From the human T2T-CHM13v2.0 reference genome, Homo sapiens, in the NCBI RefSeq assembly GCF_009914755.1, contig NC_060930.1: 64,000 bases of DNA. One strand, 5' to 3'. Both the position numbers and the translations under genes were made by a program. The notes below the pieces were generated by a model that was given only the letters and a program-made list of their open reading frames with translations, had not been told where the DNA came from and made no database searches. Shown piece by piece: positions 56,820-64,000 of this stretch. Each line of letters opens with the position of its first letter. Positions within the stretch are counted from its first letter, which is position 1.

Positions 56820-57955
56820 CTGGAGACTTCTGGTTTTCATTCTGACATGTAAAGAGCTTGGAAGGTGTCACTCTCATCCAACAAGAAAACTTGAAACAAC
56901 AACTAAAATAGCTGAAAACACTGAGAAACAACAACTCTTCCTAGATCCATCAGAAAACTGAGGTCACAGGACAAGCTACTGCCCTGAGAACCAGAGAGAG
57001 AGGTGCACAGAGGGAATCACAGGTTTCCCAGAGCAGAAGCCTGCTGCTAGAGCCAGCCCGGTAGAAACACGTAGCTGTACTTGACGAACTGCTACAGTCT
57101 CAGTGTGAACTAGCCTGGGTTTAAAAACTCTGGGGATCCCAGTCTTAAGAGGACCCTCATTGTATCATAAGATTTAAAAACATATAATGGCTTCTAACAC
57201 AATAAAAATCGTGAATTTAAAATAAAGAAAAGAGATCTAATATGTCTGCCCACCTTCTAGCATTATGCCTTTCAATAGGAATCAAGTTACAATAGATTTA
57301 TAGTTTTTAGAGCAGTCAGGTGTTCTGTAGATAATAAATTCTAAGTATGTAAATGGATTTTCCAAAATAAGCTTTACAGGGAAAGCATAGTTCTATTATT
57401 TTTTATGGAAATGCCAACTACCATAGAAGCAACAATTCGAGAATTATTTTAAAAGCCGTTCAAAAGCAATAAATGTTTAGAATTTCAGAATAAGAGACTT
57501 CTAACTCAGACTAAGAACTCAAGAGCTAATAACTGAAAATTAAAAATTCAGACAGTGGAATACCTCCTCTTCTAACCACAACGTAGTAATAAAGGTTAGA
57601 TTTATCCTTTAACATTAAACACAAGGAATGCTGGACAAAGTATATAGTACAACTGTTTTCAAACATTAATCAACAGGCAACACAGGACTTGGATCCCTGA
57701 GATATGAGATGCAATGGAGGTTGTCTTCTGACCACACAGAATTTTTGCTTAAAGGCAGATTATTGACTACAAAAGAGGGAGGGGGAACCTTCACAAATTA
57801 CAGTGGTTTTGCTCAGTTGAAGAGACAGAAATCAGAGTTCAGGTAGTCTAATGCAGCAGAATGTGAAGAGCAGAATTCTGAAAAAGAGAGAACTATGCAA
57901 AAAAAGAGCTACAGAAATAAAAATTTGATATGCTTTTTCTGAACACTAAGATGTA
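56820..57955 (+). mobile_element. Old L1M 5'-region fragments
   Basis: acttctggttttcattctgacatgtaaagagcttggaa...acaactcttcctagatccatcagaaaactgaggtcacagg; second relic about 57560-57955. Confidence 0.45.
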
Positions 57956-57963
57956 CATTCGTC

Positions 57964-58253
57964 GGTGGCTCACGCCTGTAGTCTCAGCACTTTGGGAGGC
58001 CGGGGCTGGCAGATCGCCTGAGGTCAGGAGTTCAAAACCAGCCTGGCCAACATGGTGAAACCCCGTCTTTACTAAAAATACAAAAATTAGCCTGGCATGG
58101 TGGCACGCACCTGTAATCCCAGCTACTCAGGAGGCTGAAGCAGGAGAATCACTTGAACCTAGAAGGCAGAGATTGTAGTGAGCCGAGAACACGCCATTAT
58201 GCTCCAGCCTGGGCAACAAGAGCAAGACTTCGTCTCAAAAAAAAAAAAAAAAA
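57964..58253 (+). mobile_element. AluS, lacking first ~8 nt
   Basis: ggtggctcacgcctgtagtctcagcactttggg...gacttcgtctcaaaaa. Confidence 0.93.
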
Positions 58254-58387
58254 TTCTTGAGGTGGTTATTTATTTAGCTCATTACTCCTTGGTTTTACCT
58301 GTTAAATCACTATAATTTGAATATTTTGAATTTGAATGCTTTTATAAATCAAAAACGTGATTTGCATTTACTAACATGAAAAATTAT

Positions 58388-58773
58388 TGATACAGTTTCG
58401 TTCTGTGTCCCTACCCAAATCTCATCTCCCATAATCCCCATTGCAATCCCCATAATCCCTGCCAGTAGAGGGAGGGAGCAGGTGGGAGGTAATTAGATCA
58501 TGGGAGTGGTTTCCACCATGCAGTTCTCATGATAGTGAGTTCTCAGAGATATGATGGTTTTTTAAGGGGTTCTTCCCCTTTTGCTCTTAGCTCTGTCTTT
58601 CCTGATGCCATGTGATAAGGTTTGAACTTGCTTCCCCTTTGCCTTCCACCGTGATTGCAAGTTTTCTGAGGCCTCCCCAGTCAGGTAGCACTGTGAGTCA
58701 ATCAAACCTCTTTTCTTTATAAATTACCCAGTCTTGGGTATTTCTTTATAGCAGTGTGAAAACAGACCAATAC
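58388..58773 (+). mobile_element. THE1D/MSTA-like LTR
   Basis: tgatacagtttc...tgtgtccctacccaaatctcatct...ctttataaattacccagtcttgggtatttctttatagcagtgtgaaaacagaccaataca. Confidence 0.88.
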
Positions 58774-59884
58774 AATGATATCATGATTATTACCAGATTC
58801 ACAATTTTCAAAATACTATGAAAAGATAAATTGTTCATCCTAGTATTAAAAAGTAAAGATAGAACACAGAAATTTAATTTTTAAAGTATAGTAGTCATTC
58901 AGTATTAGAAGCTGAAGATGACTAAAAGTAAGCTAATAGGAATATACAAATTAAAACCATTACAAAGAAAAGTAACAATCTAGACTTAATTATGTATAAA
59001 AATTAACTTGATAAATGTTCATTGTCATAATGAAACCATTAAGCCCTTACTAAATGTTATCTCCAAAATTTTTATGGAAAAATTCTTTCTTAAAGTTTTG
59101 TAAAATTTGTTTAAGCCATTTTGACTAATTAATTATTAAATAATGTGACACAACTGAATATTGTTTCAATATAAAATATAAAAACATACATTCAAGTTTC
59201 TCCTAAAACAGCAGAGGACAGATGAGTTACTACTACTGCTTGACGACACTAAACAGGATTAAGTTACAGATCACAATTTCTTATTCAAATGGCTCTATCA
59301 TTGCAGAAGAAAGTAAAGACATGGAGGGGGATTAAAATCAGAACATAGTCAACCATCTTTGTTTTTATTTCCATGGTCACAAATAGATCCATGTGGGTCT
59401 CTGACACTTCAAATACTTAATTTGGTTACTTAAACTTAAGTGATTCCTAAGATGCACCAGGAAGTATTTCAACCAACTTGTGCATCCTGACATCTAGATT
59501 AGTTATTAAAGAGCTCTTTAGAATGTATCTTCCTCTATGTCATTTCAAATTCAAAACTGTAGATTAATAATTAGATTAGCCTTCCTGCTTCTCAAATCAT
59601 AAGAACAAATCTTAGAGCTTTATTAAAAACTAAGAAGTAGCATAAAACAAAGATCAATAAGATCTGAAATGAGGCTGTAAGTTTCTAAGCAAAAGCAACA
59701 AATATTCAATATTTAAAATATTTTTCCCTATATAAGTGGCTATAACTCAATTTAGACCATGCATAATTTAAATAATAATTTATTCCATTTTAATTAATAT
59801 TTAATATCATTTAATACATTACGTTTTCCAAAATTTTCTGTCAGTGTATTCAAGGCTCCTTCTCCATAACCAGTATGGCGTCAT

Positions 59885-60022
59885 GGAAAGTGAGTATGCT
59901 TTGAAATTAGACTTCATAGGTTTGAACTCCTCCTCTTTATAAGCTTGGTGATGTTAAGCAAGTCATTTAACCTTTTTCAGCTTAGGCCTGTATAGAAATG
60001 GCAATAACAATGGAACCTATTT
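59885..60022 (+). mobile_element. MIR fragment
   Basis: gctttgaaattagac...ggtttgaactcc...gcaagtcatttaacct...aaatggcaataacaat...acctatttcat. Confidence 0.6.
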
Positions 60023-60027
60023 CATTA

Positions 60028-60355
<328 letters not shown>

Positions 60356-60424
60356 CTAGGACACATGACTATACATTTAGCTATTATTCTACTTCAAGTT
60401 TTTAGAAGAGGCCAAGTCAATAAA

Positions 60425-60870
60425 ATGACTTGGCCCCCAATTGCCAAAGGAACCGAGAAACCAAGAAGAAGGGGGCAGATAAATCCATTTTGTCAGCACA
60501 GGTGGATTTATTAAGGGATTTATTAAGGGAACTTACTGTCAACAGAAGCATGGTCTTCGATGCCCGCAAGACAGGTAGATCTCTGCACTGTTATTCCCTA
60601 ATCCATGGCTTACATGCCCTAGAAAATGGATATATGTGATCTAACAAGACAATTAAAGGCACTCTCCATGACAGGCAAGAATGCTACGTGCATCACAGCC
60701 TATAAAGTATGTGGTAACATCAAGATTGCTTTGGCCTAAATGTAGGAGTACATGTTCTTACATTAGGGACAATAAATAAAACAGAAGCCTGGAGACACTC
60801 CCGGAACTGGGGTTAATCATAAGTCAACTGGTGGATTGGTATCCAAGATGGAGTCACTTTTTTCTCCACA
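60425..60870 (-). mobile_element. Solo LTR (LTR47-like)
   Basis: gcaagacaggtagatctctgcact...ggggttaatcataagtcaac...tccaagatggagtcac...tctccaca; AATAAA on the minus strand near 60510. Confidence 0.5.
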
Positions 60871-61100
60871 ACTGCACATATTGGTTTTCTGAATTATCGT
60901 TAAATTTGAAACTGTGCAATTATGCACAAAAGTCATACTTGTTTTTACTTTAGTACAATCCATTTTGAAACTTTAGGAATATTGTAGGAAAATACAAAAA
61001 TACCCGATAAAATTTAATGATCATGCTTTATAAAAGTAGTTTGAAATTTCTTTAAATTTTGGGAATTCAATTAAACAATAATGATTACACCTAGAAATGA

Positions 61101-61454
<354 letters not shown>

Positions 61455-61715
61455 TAATTCAAACTTTTAAAGTAAACTTAATGAATTATAAAATACTCGT
61501 TTGGTATCATCATTGCATGATGGGAAAAATGGTTGACCTGGCATTTGAGTACGTATGAATCGAAGAATAAATGGCTCTATCAGGATTGAGGAACCACATG
61601 GTAGTTTTACTCAGTCTTATCTTCGTTAGAAGGTACATGAAAGAGAAAATAGGAATTTGCCTGCAAAAAACCTGGGATTATTTAAACTGAGTAGCAGTTT
61701 CGGTGTCAAAATTAA

Positions 61716-63315
<1,600 letters not shown>

Positions 63316-63339
63316 AGGCCCAACAAGCAGATTTTTAGC

Positions 63340-63700
63340 CTGCTTACTTTGCATAATCTGTAAAACTTCACCCAACCTCTGCTGGATGTTGATGAGTTAG
63401 ATTCAAAACTGCTTTGCCCTTTGGAACTCCCTGGTCCGGAAACTTCCCACTATGCTGCTGAGAAACATCACCTAGACACGTAGGAACATAAAATGTCTGT
63501 CTGATCTTCCTCTCTCCCGGGAGTCCTCTTGCCCTCCTCCCTTTCTGGATGGTGGCCTCCATGTAGCCTTTGGACAGACTGCTGCTGTGAGCAATTTCCT
63601 CTCTCAGATGACCTTGTCCAAGTACCACCCGATAAAGCTTACAGCATGTCACTGCCTCCTGTGGGCATATATTTTTCCTTGATTAACCCCAAACACCTAA
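63340..63700 (+). mobile_element. Probable solo LTR (family uncertain)
   Basis: LTR-like layout: cataaaa TATA-like box, pyrimidine-rich R region, gataaagctt polyA-like signal, ...cctaaca end. Confidence 0.35.
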
Positions 63701-64000
63701 CACTCATGATCAGTCTAAAGCTATCCAAAGCTTACTTGCAAGGAGCCCAATTTCTGCTTTTAATGGTCTGCCTTTTAGGCTGATGGAGAATTTGAGGAGC
63801 CGATAGCTGAAGAAGGAACAGGTGATGCTGTCTGTAAATTGACTGCTGGATGTTACCAAGAAGACAATAAAAACAATACGTGCCATACCTGGAGGCAAAA
63901 CTCCAGTGGACAGCAGTAGTCTGTTACGTAATACGGACTATGCTTTTTATTTGTGTAGAACTTCTAGTTTAAACTCTCATATCAAATCAGATAATGAAAA

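Noticed and set aside
60505-60531. 12-bp tandem repeat ggatttattaag x2
   Set aside because: Trivial slippage duplication inside an LTR.

Overview
Primate (human-like) genomic DNA that is AT-rich, CpG-depleted and has no CpG island. I recognise no intact protein-coding gene. More than half of the window is interspersed repeats: about 20 Alu/FLAM copies, several L1 blocks, MaLR/ERV solo LTRs (THE1, MST, MLT1, MLT2A, MER31-like), DNA-transposon relics (MER82-like, MER5, MADE1), and L2/MIR. The only gene-derived sequence I can identify is a dead processed beta-tubulin pseudogene (TUBB4B-type, 29233-30786, with a TSD). The other recognisable ORFs in the supplied track are Alu- or L1-derived; I could not assign the remainder. 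I found no new multi-gene biological system. The best signals are DNA-repair and retrotransposition scars. A rearranged L1-L1 complex at 11.2-18.0 kb has three junctions: a 57-bp patchwork insertion containing an exact 37-bp inverted copy of the neighbouring L1's ORF1, a chimeric ORF2/5'UTR junction, and an in-frame loss of the whole RT domain. There is also a ~16-bp twin-priming micro-inversion in a young L1, several local duplications and perfect palindromes. Repeat subfamily names come from my recollection of consensus sequences, and most repeat boundaries are approximate (tens of bp) unless a TSD is quoted.
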